DNA of 64,000 nucleotides, from NCBI GenBank assembly GCA_964016885.1, contig OZ024740.1:378758001-378822000 (forward strand), in the 5' to 3' direction. The position numbers and the translations under genes were made by a program. The first letter of the stretch is position 1. Each line of letters starts with the position of its first letter. Shown piece after piece: positions 13,890 to 27,826 of the stretch. Source of the DNA: Eledone cirrhosa. Its lineage: Eukaryota. The notes beneath the pieces were generated by a model that had not been told where the DNA came from, did no database searches, and saw only the letters and a list, made by a program, of their open reading frames with translations.

Positions 13890-14475
13890 CAACGGTATAT
13901 GATGGAGCCTACCCACAGCCCCAGAGGACGGCGAGGGAGACGTACTGGAAGAGCCACTCCAACTCGCGGGGCTCACACCTGTGGCTGGTCAGCTCAGCGC
14001 CTATGGTGGTGAGTAAGGAGGTAGCCCTGGGGCCGAGGACACCAGAAGTCTCCATTGCCAGGTGTATGACCACAAACCTGTTGGAGAGCGACCGGTATTT
14101 GAGGAGTTTGGCCCCCTCAGCCCAACGTGCAGCAGAACCTGGGTCAGTTGCAGACTGCACCAGGTTGCGGCTGCAGAAAGTGTCGGTGCAAGTGGCATCC
14201 CAGACGAGGGGTTTGCCACCACGGAATGGGAAGATGTTCATGCCATCTGGCCTTTTGCCGTCCCCTCGATCCAGCCCCACTGGCTCGAGCTGGGAAGAGA
14301 AGCCTGCAGTGTCCAAGCTACACTTAATGACCTGATTGAGGGCAGCATGGCGTGGAATGCAGCCGGCACTGTGGCGACAGGAAAGCAGGTGGAGGCCGAA
14401 AGAGTCCACGGTGGAACCGGAGTGACATTGGTGTGACTGGCAGATCTGGAGGCCGAGCCTCAGGGAAACGCCATC
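13890..14475 (-). mobile_element. 3' fragment of a CRE-like non-LTR retrotransposon (zinc knuckle plus restriction-like endonuclease)
   Basis: GC-rich island; translates SLRLGLQIC..HQC..VDSFGLHLLSC...RH..LN...EPVGLDRGDGKRPDG...WDATCTDT...AEGAKLLKY...METSGVLG, the typical CRE-clade C-terminus. Confidence 0.8.
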
Positions 14476-14683
14476 CTTTTTGATTATTGCATCTGGATGA
14501 TTTCCTTAATCATTTACTCAGTTTGAACAAGCATGACCCAGAAGATTGTGTGCTAATTGTTGTCATGTATCATGTTTGATACATATTTTAACATCTTTCT
14601 TATCTGTTGAAGTGCTGACCTATTGCCTGGTAGACATGTATTTCAAATCAATCATGCCTGAATATACTCAAATTTGACAAACA

Positions 14684-14900
14684 CAAGGACTGGGCAGCTA
14701 GAGATGTGGTCAGCCACCTCATGATTTATTCAGACTTGACAAGGATGGGTCACCAGAGATGATGTGGTCAGTCAGGCCATGATCTATTTAGATATGACAA
14801 GGACTGGGTAGCTAGAGATGATATGGTCAGACACCTCATGATATATTTAGACTTGGCAAGGACTGGACAGCCAGTGATGATGTGGTCAATCATATCATTG
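14684..14900 (+). repeat. Minisatellite, about 59-bp unit, 3-4 diverged copies
   Basis: Recurring caaggactgg...gagatgatgtggtca...catgat.tatt.aga unit. Confidence 0.8.
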
Positions 14901-16499
14901 TAATGGTTGCATTGTCTTTGTTTGATGTTAGCATGTTAGCATATTTTTCCATTATTTCATTATTTAATTACATGTAGCTAGAAGCTGGCCGTGTGCATCT
15001 AAAATCAGACTTTCTGTTTTAACTTTTAGAACAGTTTGAGTTATTGATGACTTTTACACTGGCTTCTTCTCTGCTGTGTTTTCTGGATTATTCACCATAG
15101 AGTAGTTTTCTCTCTATTCTTCAGTATATTTTAAAAAAGATTTTCTTTTGTTTTGCGATCCTCATCGTTGTCGTTTAACATCCACCTTCACTGCTAGCAA
15201 TGGTTGGACAAGTTTTCACAGACTGAGTCAGATTTGGGTATAGAGGGGATGGTTTTAAACTGTCTTTAATTTGCTTTGTAATGATATGGTTGATGTATTC
15301 TGTTGGTATTAGTAAAAAAAAAGGCCAACCCTAGCCCTAGGTTACAAGACTGCTCCCTGGAGAGGACACCACTCCGTTGCAGGGTGAACTGTCAGTGCTT
15401 ATTTTCAGCTGAGTGGACCAGAGCAATGTAAAATCAATTGATTTGCTCAATAGACAATGTGCCACCTAGTTCAAGAATTGAACTTAGTGCATTATGACTG
15501 TAATTCCAACACCCTAATAAGTCTGTCCCAAGCTTGGAGGCTTGTAAGTATTAGGCTAATTTATTTATGTCTCTTGAACCCATGAATGTGGTATGGTGTC
15601 AAATATTTTCTCTTCTTTTTTTGTAATCAATCCAGGTTATACTAAGTTTGTTTTCCTCTTTTCACTGTCTTCTTTATTTTCTGTTTTTTCCCCCTGCCTC
15701 TAGCTCCCTTTTTGCAGCCATATCATTGCATCCTTGTTGGTCTATTTTGCTGAGTAAAGGTGGATTTTTACTTTATCAATTTTGGACAGAATAATTTCTT
15801 TCAATTTTTTTAATGGGATTTGGCTTATGGTCTATTAGGCTGAAAATCATTTTCTCCAGATACTACTCTTATTACCACCACCACTGTCATCCACTAACAC
15901 TGCCTCCACCATCCCCACTACCATCACCACCATGACAACCACCACCATCCACCACTGCCGCTGCTGCCTCCACCACAACCACTATCACAACTTTTGTGGT
16001 TTGAAACTTTATTAAAAATAATGTTTGTATATTAAAAAAGGAAAAAAGAATTTAAAAAAAGAGAAAACATTTAAATAGCTAAAGTAAGTGAAAGGAGGGG
16101 GTGGGGGCATTTCAGACCTTGTCATTCATTTGTTTGTTTCATTGAAAACAGACAAGAGTATTTGGTTTTGTAACTATTTTATTAATGTTCCATTATTCTT
16201 CAGCAAGTATACTGGGTATTTTATTATAGTTTAATTCAGATATTGGGTAGTGTATTCTTTTTGCAGTCATTATTTTGTCTGCTTTTTTTCTGCCTTGTCT
16301 TTCTAATTTGTTTAGCATCCAATTGAAAATATAATAACCAGAAATTATCTCTGTTACAGCTAGAGCATTGATGCCCATTACCTTATCATTTACATTTAAT
16401 AATTAATCTAATGTGTTTATAATAATACTTCCTAACATTTTCTTTAATTTTACTATTGTTGTTGTTGTTATTTTATTATCATTATTATTATATGAATGA

Positions 16500-17070
16500 A
16501 TCCCACCGAGGTTAACTTTGCCTTTCATCCTTACGGGGTTGATAAAATAAAGTACCAGTAATGTACTGGGTATTTGCTGGCCTTGTGCCAATAGTAGAAA
16601 CAATTATTATTATATGAATGGACCTACTCTGAGTATATGCCTGTAAATTGAAGGAGGAAAACTGGGAGAGGACAATTGCCCTGGAGGTCAGGGTCACCGT
16701 GGCTTTTATTAATGGGCTTTCTCCACGATGGCCCTCGGAAGTCTCCCCCCTATTGGGAAATTTTTCATTATTCTTTTATTACATCCTCTGTTTTTTGGGT
16801 TTTTTTTTACAGTCAGAAATGCCCATTTGTACCGTCCTGTATTGTCCTGTACTGTCCTTAATGTCTACTTTGTGTAAACCCTTGTGATTAATAAAGAAAG
16901 CATTATTATTATGCTTTGCAGCAAAGAGTTACGGCCCTTTATTGTCTGAGTTCAAATCCTGCCTAGGTCAACTTTGCCTTTCATCCTTACGGGTCGATAA
17001 AATAAAGTACCAGTAATACACTGGGATAATTGCTGGCCTTGTGCCAAAAGTAGAAACAATTATTATTATT
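16500..17070 (+). mobile_element. Two 5'-truncated SINE family A copies (about 16500-16610 and 16912-17070)
   Basis: Family A body and ggccttgtgccaa.agtagaaacaattatt end; the second copy has an (ATT)n tail. Confidence 0.8.
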
Positions 17071-17372
17071 ATTATTATTATTATTAAATTTGATAATTAT
17101 TAAGGTGCGAAACTCTTAAAATATAACTTCTTTTTTTTGTTGAAATATTTCCAGTATTTTCCTGCTTCAAGGGAATGATTTCATTCCAAGATTATGTTCA
17201 TTTATTCGTTTTTCTTATAGGAGATTAATAGGAAAATATTGTCAGATTTGTGACATTGATGGAGTAGTAGTAGTAGTGATGATGATGATGATGATGTTAA
17301 TGTTTGATCTTGTTGTTATTGGGGTGATGTTAAAATAAATTCATTTCTTTCTATGTTAATTCCTCTCCACAG

Positions 17373-17538
17373 CCCGTGCTCTCTACCGTTATTTGGAATG
17401 GCACAATCATGGAAAACAATGGCCATCTGTGAAACTGCCAGTTAATGATGTTCTTTATTACACAATCAAAAGAATTAATGAAGCTGCAGGAATTTACCAA
17501 ATGTTCCAAGTGCTTATTGATGTGATTATTTTGAATGA
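17373..17538 (+). CDS. FOXRED2: FOXRED2 internal exon
   Basis: ccacag acceptor, gtaagt donor; (A)RALYRYLEWHNHGKQWPSVKLPVNDVLYYTIKRINEAAGIYQMFQVLIDVIILN continues the frame. Confidence 0.93.
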
Positions 17539-18159
17539 GTAAGTCCTGTGAATTATCTTCTGGAAACAGTTTTAGTCAAAGAACTTCCTATCAATGGTTT
17601 TTAAAAGATATATGAGTGTATTTGTATAACCTGGTAGTTAGATCATGGGTTTGATTCCTGAATTGAGTGGTCTGTTGTGTTCTTGAGCAAGACCTTCATT
17701 TCACATTACTCTAGTCCACTCAGTTAAAAAATTGAGTACTAGCAGCAGTAGCTGTGGGGTTCATCCTATGACAGACGAGCATTCTGTTATATAATGCCAA
17801 TGAAACTAGGTCTGATGAGCCTCTGGCATGAAATGTATTTTTCTTTCAAACATTATTGATAATATGTGACATGTTGTAGTTTCAAATCACCAAGAATTAA
17901 CATTACAAAACCCACTTGTTTCTACTAAAATATAAAATACATCTTTCAACTCAACCAAATTAATTTTCTAAGAAATATACCTTTTGTTAATCATTTTATA
18001 GTTTTATTTCACAAAGTATTTGAAATTTTTGTTTTACAATCCTCCAAACATTTAGTTAATTTAATATATGCCTAATTTATCTCTATTGTTATATTGTTAA
18101 CATTTTGTGAATATGTTTATAATGAAAGTTTTAGAAGATACATTTTACCTATTTGATAG

Positions 18160-18398
18160 GGAACGCATTGAAGTAACATATATTCAAGAAGTTCCTTTGA
18201 AAATGCTCCATAAATTGCCTGAAGTAACTGGTATTCCGTGCAAGGAAATTATAGCAATTGTTTTCCAATATGGAGCCAACTTTTCAGGCCCTGGACATGA
18301 TGTGTTCCGAGAAGATCGAGCCAATGTTAACCCAGAGAAGGCTGATAAATCAAACTTTCTTCATCCTGTACTATATCATTACAAAAATCTACCAACTG
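18160..18398 (+). CDS. FOXRED2: FOXRED2 internal exon
   Basis: gatag acceptor, gtaag donor; ERIEVTYIQEVP...FQYGANFSGPGHDVF...SNFLHPVLYHYKNLPT carries the YG.NFSGP..DVF and SNFLHPV.Y motifs. Confidence 0.92.
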
Positions 18399-20929
18399 GT
18401 AAGTTTTGATTTTAGTTGTTATTTTTCTGGAAACTTAAATATATCATGCTTATATAATAATTCTTTCTAACATTGGCACACGACCAGCAATTTTGAGGAA
18501 AGGAAAAGTTGATGAAATCGATCCCACTACTTGACTGGTACAATTTTATCAGGTAAAGCTGACTTTGGTGGTATGTGAATTTAGAACATAAAGGGTTGTA
18601 ACTAGCATTTTGTCTGGCACTTTAATGATTCTGCCAAAATACTGCCCTATATAATCATGATTTGTAATTTAGGTACATGGCCAGCAAAGTTGATTGAATC
18701 AACCCTAGTACTTTACTGACCCCCAGGATGAAAGGCAAAGTTGACATTGGCAGGATTTGAACTCTGAATGAAAAGGGTCAGAACAAGCACAGCAATTGCA
18801 TTATATTCAGCATTGCCCTCATACTTATATAATAACAATAATTGTACCATGAAAGATCTATGACACCTATTTAAAACATGATTTTGTTTTATTTTATACA
18901 CAGAATAAGTGATTTAATGACCAAATTCTAGATGTATGATGACTTTTATATTTATATATATGTAAAATTATTACAAAATATAACAAAAGTGAATTTTAGC
19001 AGTAGCACTAACATAGCATGTTTCATAATAGGAGTGTGTATGAATATACTGGTATAAGTGTAGTTTAAATCTCCACCACTACTCTACCATGATATAATGG
19101 CTTCAGTTTTAACATACAATCTCAAATCAACTTACAAACAAGTATTCAAATAGGAAATATGAGTAAAACCAATGTTTAGGGAGTTCTTTGTCTGTTAAAG
19201 TATAATTGTTTTCAGAATTCCTGTTGTAATGGAAGTGTTGGGAGTGAGCCTCAAGTCACAGGGTACACCAGGATATCCTTTACATTCTCCTTCAGTTTAT
19301 TTATGAAGTGAAGCAAGAGTTCACCTCATAAATGTGGGAATCTAGCACTTTCTTTTAATAAATTTGAATGTATAATCTTGACTTCATTCATACTTTATCA
19401 TTGACTTATGTAGGCTATATCTTTATTAGAAATATTTCAATTCCACCCAGCTTATACTGAACATGGATGCTGCTATTCCTATTTATTTTTGGACAGAATT
19501 GTGTTGCTATTAGGCTTCAGGTCAACTCATATCAAGCAGACCTATGTATGAAAAAGAAGTTCTAACCATGACCATCCTGTTTTTTTGTTTATTTATGATT
19601 GCATTGTGCAATTTACTTTTCCTGTTTTTTTTTATGGTAGGAGTGATTTGAGGCATAATTAGCTCTTACTTCTAGTAGGTCTCATGAACATGTAGATAAG
19701 TATGGTGAAAAAGTCAATAGAAAGTCAAATTTCAGTAGAAACTGGTATTGCTTTCATGTTTTACATTTAAACTTACATAGTTATCCTGAAAAGCATTTTT
19801 GAATTCTATTCATACAAATTTTTCATAAGCATTTTGGTTCTAAAATTTCCTGATGTTACAGCTGAAAACAACATTTGATCAAAATGTTTTTATTGGGATT
19901 TTACTACTGACGCTAATGACTCATTTCAGGTGATTTTTAATGAGCTGAAATTTAACTTGCTTACAATTCATGTCAAAAACTAAATTTTAGGTTTGACATA
20001 TTTTTATGTATATATTTTTTAATGCTATTGAAAAAATAAATGAAACTAATGAAAGTGAGAGTGTAGTGAAGATCTGTATTTATTAATATAATATAATTCC
20101 CCTGACAAGTCACTTCCATTAAAAGTAATAATATCCATGTAAATTTGAAGTCAATATTGTCAAGAAGATTTATAATAATTGTAGTCATCATCATCATCAT
20201 TTTACATCCATTATCCCTGTATGCATGGATTAAAGGAGTTGTCATGTTTAGAGGTTAGACAGGTCATATGACTGCGTCTATCTCATGTCTCATACTGGCA
20301 TAGTTTCTATGTCTGGGTGTCCTTCCTAATAATAACTAAAAGTAGAGTAAATAACTTTACCAAGTCTCTACCACAAACCCCTGGCTGTTTGGGCTGGGTG
20401 CATTTTATCATGGCACCAGCAATACCACTTTACAGTGTGCACTGGGTCAGCACTACCAGTTTACAGAGTAGGCCGGGTGCATTTTATTGTGGCACCAGTA
20501 CTTCTACTTTTCAACACTAAGGTTATCAGCCAAGCTGGGAGGGAAGTGATAATGAGTGAGGGGTATGAGAACTGGGTGTAGGCTACATGTTGCTTGCTAA
20601 GGGAGGGTGGTGTGGCCTGAAGGGGAGTATGTGATGTCTGGCAGTATTGTGGTGTGCATCCAGCTTTCCATGTTGGTACCGTTGGATGAAGAAGTAGGAA
20701 TTCAGGGATGAATTTATGTGTTAGGTTGGAGAGAGAGAGAATACATTGGAGGTGTGTCCATTTTTTCATGCTGACGTGGGTTGGTCAGGGAAGGAGGATC
20801 AGAGATGTGAATGAGGGGAAGACTAAGGTAAGGAAAAGGGGGAAGATTATGGTGGATGGGCAAGCTGGAAGGAAGCTGTCTATGTTTCTGCCTTTTCAAT
20901 ATTCATTTCATCTTGCTCATGTGGAAATG

Positions 20930-22720
20930 TGAGTCTTCTGTAGTATGGTGTATCACCAGTTGACTCAATCTCTGTGAGGTCCGACTTTTTGAGGTCATCC
21001 TTCACCACATCATCCCATGTTTTCTTAGGTTCCCCTCAACTTCTTTATGTAGGTTTCATCCTTTATAAACATTAAATGGCCATTACAACGCAGTCTCCTC
21101 TCTTGTACATTGCAACTAATCTCTTTATTTAGTTTTTCACTCAGCTCATTAATGCTTTGTCATTCATGTACTCTACTATTACACATCCAAGTATGCATAA
21201 GGGCTTCATATAAGTGGTCCTTTAGACCCTCTGACAGCCCAGCTTCTGGTGACTATGCAGAGATGACTGTCAACTCAATGATTCTGTCACTTGCTTCGAT
21301 TACTTCAATTATCCTATCTACCCATTTCTCTGCTAACAGTATAAATAGTCCACCCATCCCATAATGTTATGCACTCAGCCAGATAACACCTGGCCATCTA
21401 CCATCAGGCAATCATACAAACTAAATATATTTTAATCTCATCAAAAATATGGATAGACTGTTATAAATACAAAGTCGGTCCCAGATGTTAGCAACTTTAA
21501 AGTTAGAGCGCAATTTGGAGAAGGACATGGAAGATGAAAAAGCTTTCAGCTGGTAAAAAATTCAGGGGAAACCTGTGTGGTGTTTATTAGGAATAATAAG
21601 CATCAAACAGGTTTGATTCTTGAAAGGAAGAAACTTACAACATAGAGGAAAAGTAGGAGTTCTAGCGAGACAATTTAACATGATCAATGTCCCAGAAAGA
21701 TGGAGGGTAATATGGTGGTGGGATAGCAGGGTAGGTGATACAATTATAGATAAGAAACAAGTATGGATGGACTGGAAGAATGTGGGGAACAGTGAGTTAT
21801 ACTAAGAAATAAAGAGAGAAGCCAGGCACCAAGTACATTTAGCTTGAGGTGAAGCAGCAAATAAGAAGTTTGCAGATATTTACATTGAGGACCAAAGGCA
21901 TGAGATGTTCTGGATTACAAAGTAGTGAGCTAGGGAAAATCATGATGTTGTTTGGGAGAAGTGCATTTGAAATGGCAGTGACATATTTGCCTTCACCAAT
22001 ACTGAAGTGAAAGAAGTGTGGAAGTGTCAATATGAAAAATTACTGAATGAAGAAAATGCATGGGAGGCAAAGGGGCTACTCCAAGTAGATCCAAGAGAGG
22101 GATTGGCTATCCAGGTTTGTAGCACTATTGTAGGTAAGGCAATCAAGGATATGAAGACAGGCAAGGCAGCTGGACCATCAGGAATAGTTGCTACAATGCA
22201 GAAAGAATATGGTGTCATGCAGCTAGTAAACTAGGTACTACAAGATAACTTCTGCTACTTGGGTGACATAATTAGTAGTGCAGATGGGTGTTCCAAAAGT
22301 ATAGTAGCTTGAATAAGAACCAGTTGAAAATTCAGAGCACTACATCTGCTGGCTACAAAGGATTTCTCACTCAGAGTGAAAGTTAGATTGTACGGTGTCT
22401 GTTTGCAAACTACAGCATGGAAACATAACTTTGGCCTTGAGTGCAGAGGATTTGCTAAAGACTGAAAAGCTGGGCATGAGAGGGATCACAAGCAGTATAC
22501 AAGAGAGAAGACTGCAATTGCATTGGTATGGTCATGTGAAGGATGAGAGCTTCAAAGATGGACAGGACACTCAAAGTTGAAGGAACCTGTGGTAGAGGGT
22601 GACCTAGAAAAACAGGACAATATGGTGAAGGTTGACCTAATGAAGTTGGGCCTCACAGAAGAGATGACACAAGATCAAGTTGACTGGTGATTTGTTGTAC
22701 TGCAAAAGGCTCATATGAAG
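20930..22720. mobile_element. Decayed RTE fragments related to the 4005-6426 family (minus piece about 20930-21300, plus piece about 21740-22720)
   Basis: WKCQYEKLLNEENAW, KAIKDMKTGKAAGPSGIV and ERRL..HWYGHV; the RT core is deleted. Confidence 0.75.
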
Positions 22721-22899
22721 GTAGATTATAAGATATATTCCAAAGTATGTGTTATATAAAAACATTATCTATAAAACTACAGGAAATTCAAAAGAAAAGA
22801 AAATAGTATGAATTTTGATAATTTTCTGATGCTCACTTTAAACTTGGGAGACAAGCTGAATAAACATGAATTGATATTAGTTCAGTCGAGAAATGACTT

Positions 22900-23215
22900 A
22901 GATGCGTGATGTGTAAATATAGACAAAGTACCAGATTAGCAGCTAAGACTCATCTCTTTACAGTTGAAGTTCCTAATTGTAATTGTAAGTCCTATCCTGA
23001 TAATTTCTACTTTTGCACATCTTGCTTATGGAATTCTCTTTCCATTTGCTTTCCTGACCACTGCAATTTGATTTGCAAAAATTCAAAAGCAACAACAATC
23101 ATCATCTCTATTCTTGAATTATGTAGTCTTGTCCTTTTCTCCTTTTCAGTAATTCCTTACATTTTAGTGGCTTTATTGCCTTGCTTGGGATGTGCAAATA
23201 ACAAAAAAAGAATGT
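22900..23215 (+). mobile_element. 3' relic of a CR1/Jockey-like LINE; related copy on - at about 30340-30550
   Basis: HLFTVEVPNC...LWNSL..CFPDHCNL resembles the LINE C-terminal LWN.LP motif; the two copies are similar to each other. Confidence 0.55.
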
Positions 23216-23385
23216 AGTAGAAGACCAAAGACCATGTTAAAATATACATCTCACAAGATGACATGATTGAGACATTATTCTTGTGTGTGTGTGTGGGGGG
23301 GGGGGGTATTTAGACAGTTGCCAACTTTATTTCATGGAAAGATATCAGGAAACTAACAATTACTATATTTATATTGTTATTTCAG

Positions 23386-23687
23386 AGACACAAATGCTAA
23401 ATTTGCAGTCAAAAGAGGTGCTCCCAAAACCAGATGATATTCATCATATGGTTGAAGACTTTCTGACTGTTTGGGATACACCGAACAGCCACATTTTTCC
23501 ACTGCGCCGCTTTCTTGAGAATGTATTTAATAAAGATCTCCGCCATTTCTTCTCTTCTACATGTGCTAAGTTTCTACTAACTCTCACTTCGCTGCCATCG
23601 TTTTGTGACCAATACTACATGAAAGGTAAAGGCCTTACTGGAAGTGACATTTTGTTGGAGATGATTGAACAACAACTTGCTGCTTAA
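23386..23687 (+). CDS. FOXRED2: FOXRED2 last coding exon
   Basis: ttcag acceptor; (E)TQMLNL...LPKPDDIHHMVEDFLTVW...HIFPLRRFLEN...DLRHFF...C...LPSFC...QQLAA then TAA; AATAAA at 23701. Confidence 0.92.
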
Positions 23688-25439
23688 AATTCTGAAGACC
23701 AATAAAGAATTTAAAAATAATATAATTAAAGGCGAATTCTTCCATTTGACTTCTTAACATTCTATTTTTTTTCAGAGAGTTTTATTTTTATGTGATATTC
23801 TTGATTATTATTATCATTATTTTTATCCCAATATAACTGAGCATTTCTTGCCAGAAACTGGTACTTCAAATTCAATATTTGTTTTACTGCATTCAATAAA
23901 AATAATAATGAAATTTATCATTGTTGAAAAATTTATTTTCAAAAGGTTTTGCATAAAGCTGTACCCAGCATGGCCTCAGTCAAATGACTGAAACCAGTAA
24001 AAAGAATTATACAACAGTTATTTTTAAACATTTACCTGAAAATATTGCAGTATAATGATTTATTGAAGGCTTTTAAGGCACTACATGACTATTGTAGATA
24101 CAATTTATATTCAAATAATATTGTTAATTATACAGTGACTTGACAGCTTATTATAAGCAACTGTACTTAATGGTATTTATGGATTGATGAAGTGGGGCAG
24201 CACATTGGATTACCCTATAGTGCTTCGTTCTTTTGAATAAAGTTTGAAAATATTTTTTCAAAATATCTTTCTTTAAATTTTGTTCTGCTATCTTAAGGAT
24301 TTGATATTTATGAAAGTATATTTACACCAGTTTTGGAATGATTGATGCAGCTTGGCAGTGAGTTAAGATAATGCATTTAGGTTTGATTCCACTGCACGTC
24401 TCAATTTGGCAGATAGAAACTGTATGGAAGCCTATTGTAAATATATTCTTCTGCTTTTCCATATGTGTGTGTGCCTTTTTTGGGGGGGGGATTCAACTTT
24501 CACAGGTGCTGATGTTTGTTTACATTTCATTCATACAGAGATCCCACTACTCAGCAGTTAGATAAGGAAAAATCTGTATCATAACTTAGATCAGTGGTAT
24601 ATACTAAAAATATCAATAATAAAATATGGATGGCATCATGAAAGGCATATAGTCATAGAATACTGGTTTAAAAATATCCTGTCCAAGTATGGAAAATTAG
24701 ACAATGATGATGATGATTACTTTCTTACTCAAGTGGCAAGTTATGTTAAGCATGGATTCTTAATGTTAACATAATCTGCAACATCATTATAAAGAAAACC
24801 TTATAAAAATGAGCTTTGTGAGAGAGTTCAAAAATATTGATGAATTAGAGAGTAGAGATAAAAAAAATAATTTCAAAGACAAAATAAAAAAAAAATAAAG
24901 CAGTAAAGTATTGTAATACATCTTAAGAATAGAAATCTGAAATATATAGAAGTGCAATCATCATCTTGATTTTAAGTTTGCTTTTCATGTTGGTATTAGT
25001 TCGATGTATCATAACAGTCTCAGTCAGTTCTTATTCAGAGTTACTGCTCCTCTACCTGGGTCAGGAGACCATGTTGTGTATGTACATTCCAAATTTTAAT
25101 ATGGTTTCTACAGTAGGATATCCTTCCTAACACAAACCATTTTACAGAGAGCACTAGGTGCATATTATCAAGGCACCACCACTTAAACCAAAAAAGAAAA
25201 AAAAAAGGAAAAAGTCCTCTTCTCTACAATGTTTTCATTCAAATGATTGTCAATCACTTTACAGGTTGTATTTTATGAGACCAATACTAAGTAGGGTGTC
25301 TTGTTTACAGCAAGACTAGGGGGGCTTCTACACACCATGCAGACTCTTCTTTCAAGGCAAGCAGTACTAAGAGCTGAAAGAGGAGAAAGTATGAAGGGAG
25401 AAACAGAAGGAAGGTTTGGTAGGAGAGAGAATATATTTT

Positions 25440-25680
25440 CTTATTTAGGCACATGGCCAGCAATTTTGGGGGGAGGAGAAATTCATTATACCAACCCCAG
25501 TGCTCAGTGGAACTTTATTTTACCAATCTTAGTAATTACTGGTACTTTATTTCATTGACTCAGGAAGGATGAAAGGCAAAGTTAACCTTGGCAGGATATG
25601 AATTCAGAACCTAAAGAGCTGAAACAAATGCCACAAAGCATTTTGTGCAATGTTCTAATGATTCTTCCAACTCACTGCCC
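25440..25680 (-). mobile_element. SINE family A directly downstream of the NUDT1 stop, in the same orientation as NUDT1
   Basis: Reverse-complement family A body (ggatgaaaggcaaagttaacc; ctggtactttattt). Confidence 0.75.
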
Positions 25681-25759
25681 CCAAAGTGAATATTATATTA
25701 AATTATAAAATAAATTACAAATAATAGAACAAAAGGCGTTAATGTTTTTAATGAGGAAT

Positions 25760-25962
25760 CTACTCTCCAATACTATCAACACTATTATTTTTAAAAGTTT
25801 CAACTTCTTTTAAACTGTGAGAAATTATTCTATTGAAGCCCTCGAAGATAAAGTGTCCTTTGAAACATGAACCCTTTAAAAAGAGAGGAAACCAGTACTT
25901 GTCATCCGGCCACATTTGATTAAAAGGAATCCGTTCTATGTTGAACCAGCGAGGACGCATTT
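25760..25962 (-). CDS. NUDT1: NUDT1/MTH1 oxidized purine nucleoside triphosphatase, last coding exon
   Basis: aatag acceptor; (E)MRPRWFNIERIPFNQMWPDDKYWFPLFL...F.GHF.FEG, containing the MTH1 MWPDD motif; TAG stop. Confidence 0.95.
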
Positions 25963-27680
25963 CTATTAAAGAAAAGGTGTAAAAAATAAATTTTGTTAAA
26001 AATAAGATTTTTTAATTTCATGCACAAGAATTCCTGTAAAAATAATTAGTATTTCATATAGCAAAATAAAAATCAAGTGAATACTCTATCTATGAATGAC
26101 TTTCTGTTAATGACTACTTTGGTGCTAAACTCTGCCAGTTGCAGACTGCGCATCAACATGATATTTTTTCACAAAGTTCGATCACCATCAGCAGAGTTTA
26201 AAGAGCAAAGATCAAGTCCAGATTTATAATGGGTTGGTTGTTATTTTGGTACATAATCATATGTTGGAAACAGTTTTTATTCAATAAGATTGGTTTCTAA
26301 GAGTTAGTGGCTAAATGGTTAAAATGTAATGTAGAATTCCTCCAAGAGCTGATAGGGGCTCAAAAAAGCTAAAGTTTAATTCCATGGATTTTATGAGATG
26401 AAAGGTAAATTAGTTTCCTGAGTTGGCCATTGAAGGTAGCATTCACAAATTCAGTGCCTGTTCCTAACATCTTAGAGGTGGAGGAATGAAGTGCGTATAC
26501 ACACGCACACACACATATATATATTTAAAAATACCTAGATTAGATATGAACTGAAGATTTGGGTGTGTTAGAATTAACAAAACGCCCCTGTTCTTGGGTT
26601 TCACAAACTAGGTCTTTTATAATCTTTTAATACTAAGAATACAGCAACAATATGTGTTATTTTTATGTGTGTGTATGTAAAATGTGGTGGAGTAAATATA
26701 TACATATATACCAAACTCCCGCTGTCACTGCCTCTGTTTCTCCTGCTCTCCCCATCTCACTATTATGAGTAAATGGGAGCCCATGCACTGGGGGCCCCAG
26801 CGGATAGAATGGATCTTATGAATTCATTATCTAATAACATATCTATTTTGCTTCAACATTGGATTGAAATATTGAACTTAATGAAATATTATATATCCAG
26901 TTCTGACAGATGGCATTGAGTTGTTTCCTTAGTCAAAATATTTTATCACCTTTGCTTTCAGTATGTATTACACTATGTAATAGTAGGTATTTGCCTCTAC
27001 ATATTTACATCTACATATTTGAAGTACTATGATAGTTGTTGTAATTCAGATTAGCCCTAAATGAACAGATCTATGATTAAAGGATTCCAGCCATGAGCAG
27101 CTCTTTTTTTTTTTCAGACATAGTACATCTAGGACTAGATTGTATAAAATAATGTATCCTTCCCTTTTTAAGTGTTGATATATGGAAAGACACAAAACAC
27201 ATTGGGTCATTGCTCTTAGTCCTTTTGTTACAGTATTTTTTACTGTGGCTTTTAAATAATTTTGGCAATAAAGTGGTATTTGGAGCATAATTTAACAAAT
27301 GTTCTTACATAAAGTTGTGATGAAAGGTTTTTAGAGAAATATAGACACTTTAAAACAAACAGGCAGTTTGGTACAAAGAGTTAAAGCCCCACTTTTAGAA
27401 GGCTTTGTCTTGTTGCAGTATATCTTGAGTAAGTCTCCATCTAAAGGCTATACCTTAAGGAATGATTTTAACTCACTGCAAGCTAATGAAATATTCATAA
27501 ATTTTAAATTAATTATTTCATCTTGTGAACCTTGTTTACAACCAAGTAGACTAAGCTGTAGAGAATTAGCCAGATAGCTTAGTCACAAAGATGACACAGT
27601 GCTGATTATGTTCATAAGCGTTGGTAGCAGCAGAAAGAAATGTATATATTACATAAATTGCAAATTTTTTATCCACTTAC

Positions 27681-27826
27681 CTTCACTTTCTGCAGGAATT
27701 CCTTTATAAGAATCAGTTTTAAATACATGAACTTCCATCATTTCAGGGTTTCCCAAAAATTCAAAATTTAGCTCTCCAATTTTGTCAAGATAATTTGCTT
27801 CCAAACCGCATTCTTCAAGTAATTCT
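27681..27826 (-). CDS. NUDT1: NUDT1 second coding exon
   Basis: tctag acceptor, gtaagt donor; (R)ELLEECGLEANYLDKIGELNFEFLGNPEMMEVHVFKTDSYKGIPAESE contains the second half of the Nudix box. Confidence 0.95.
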
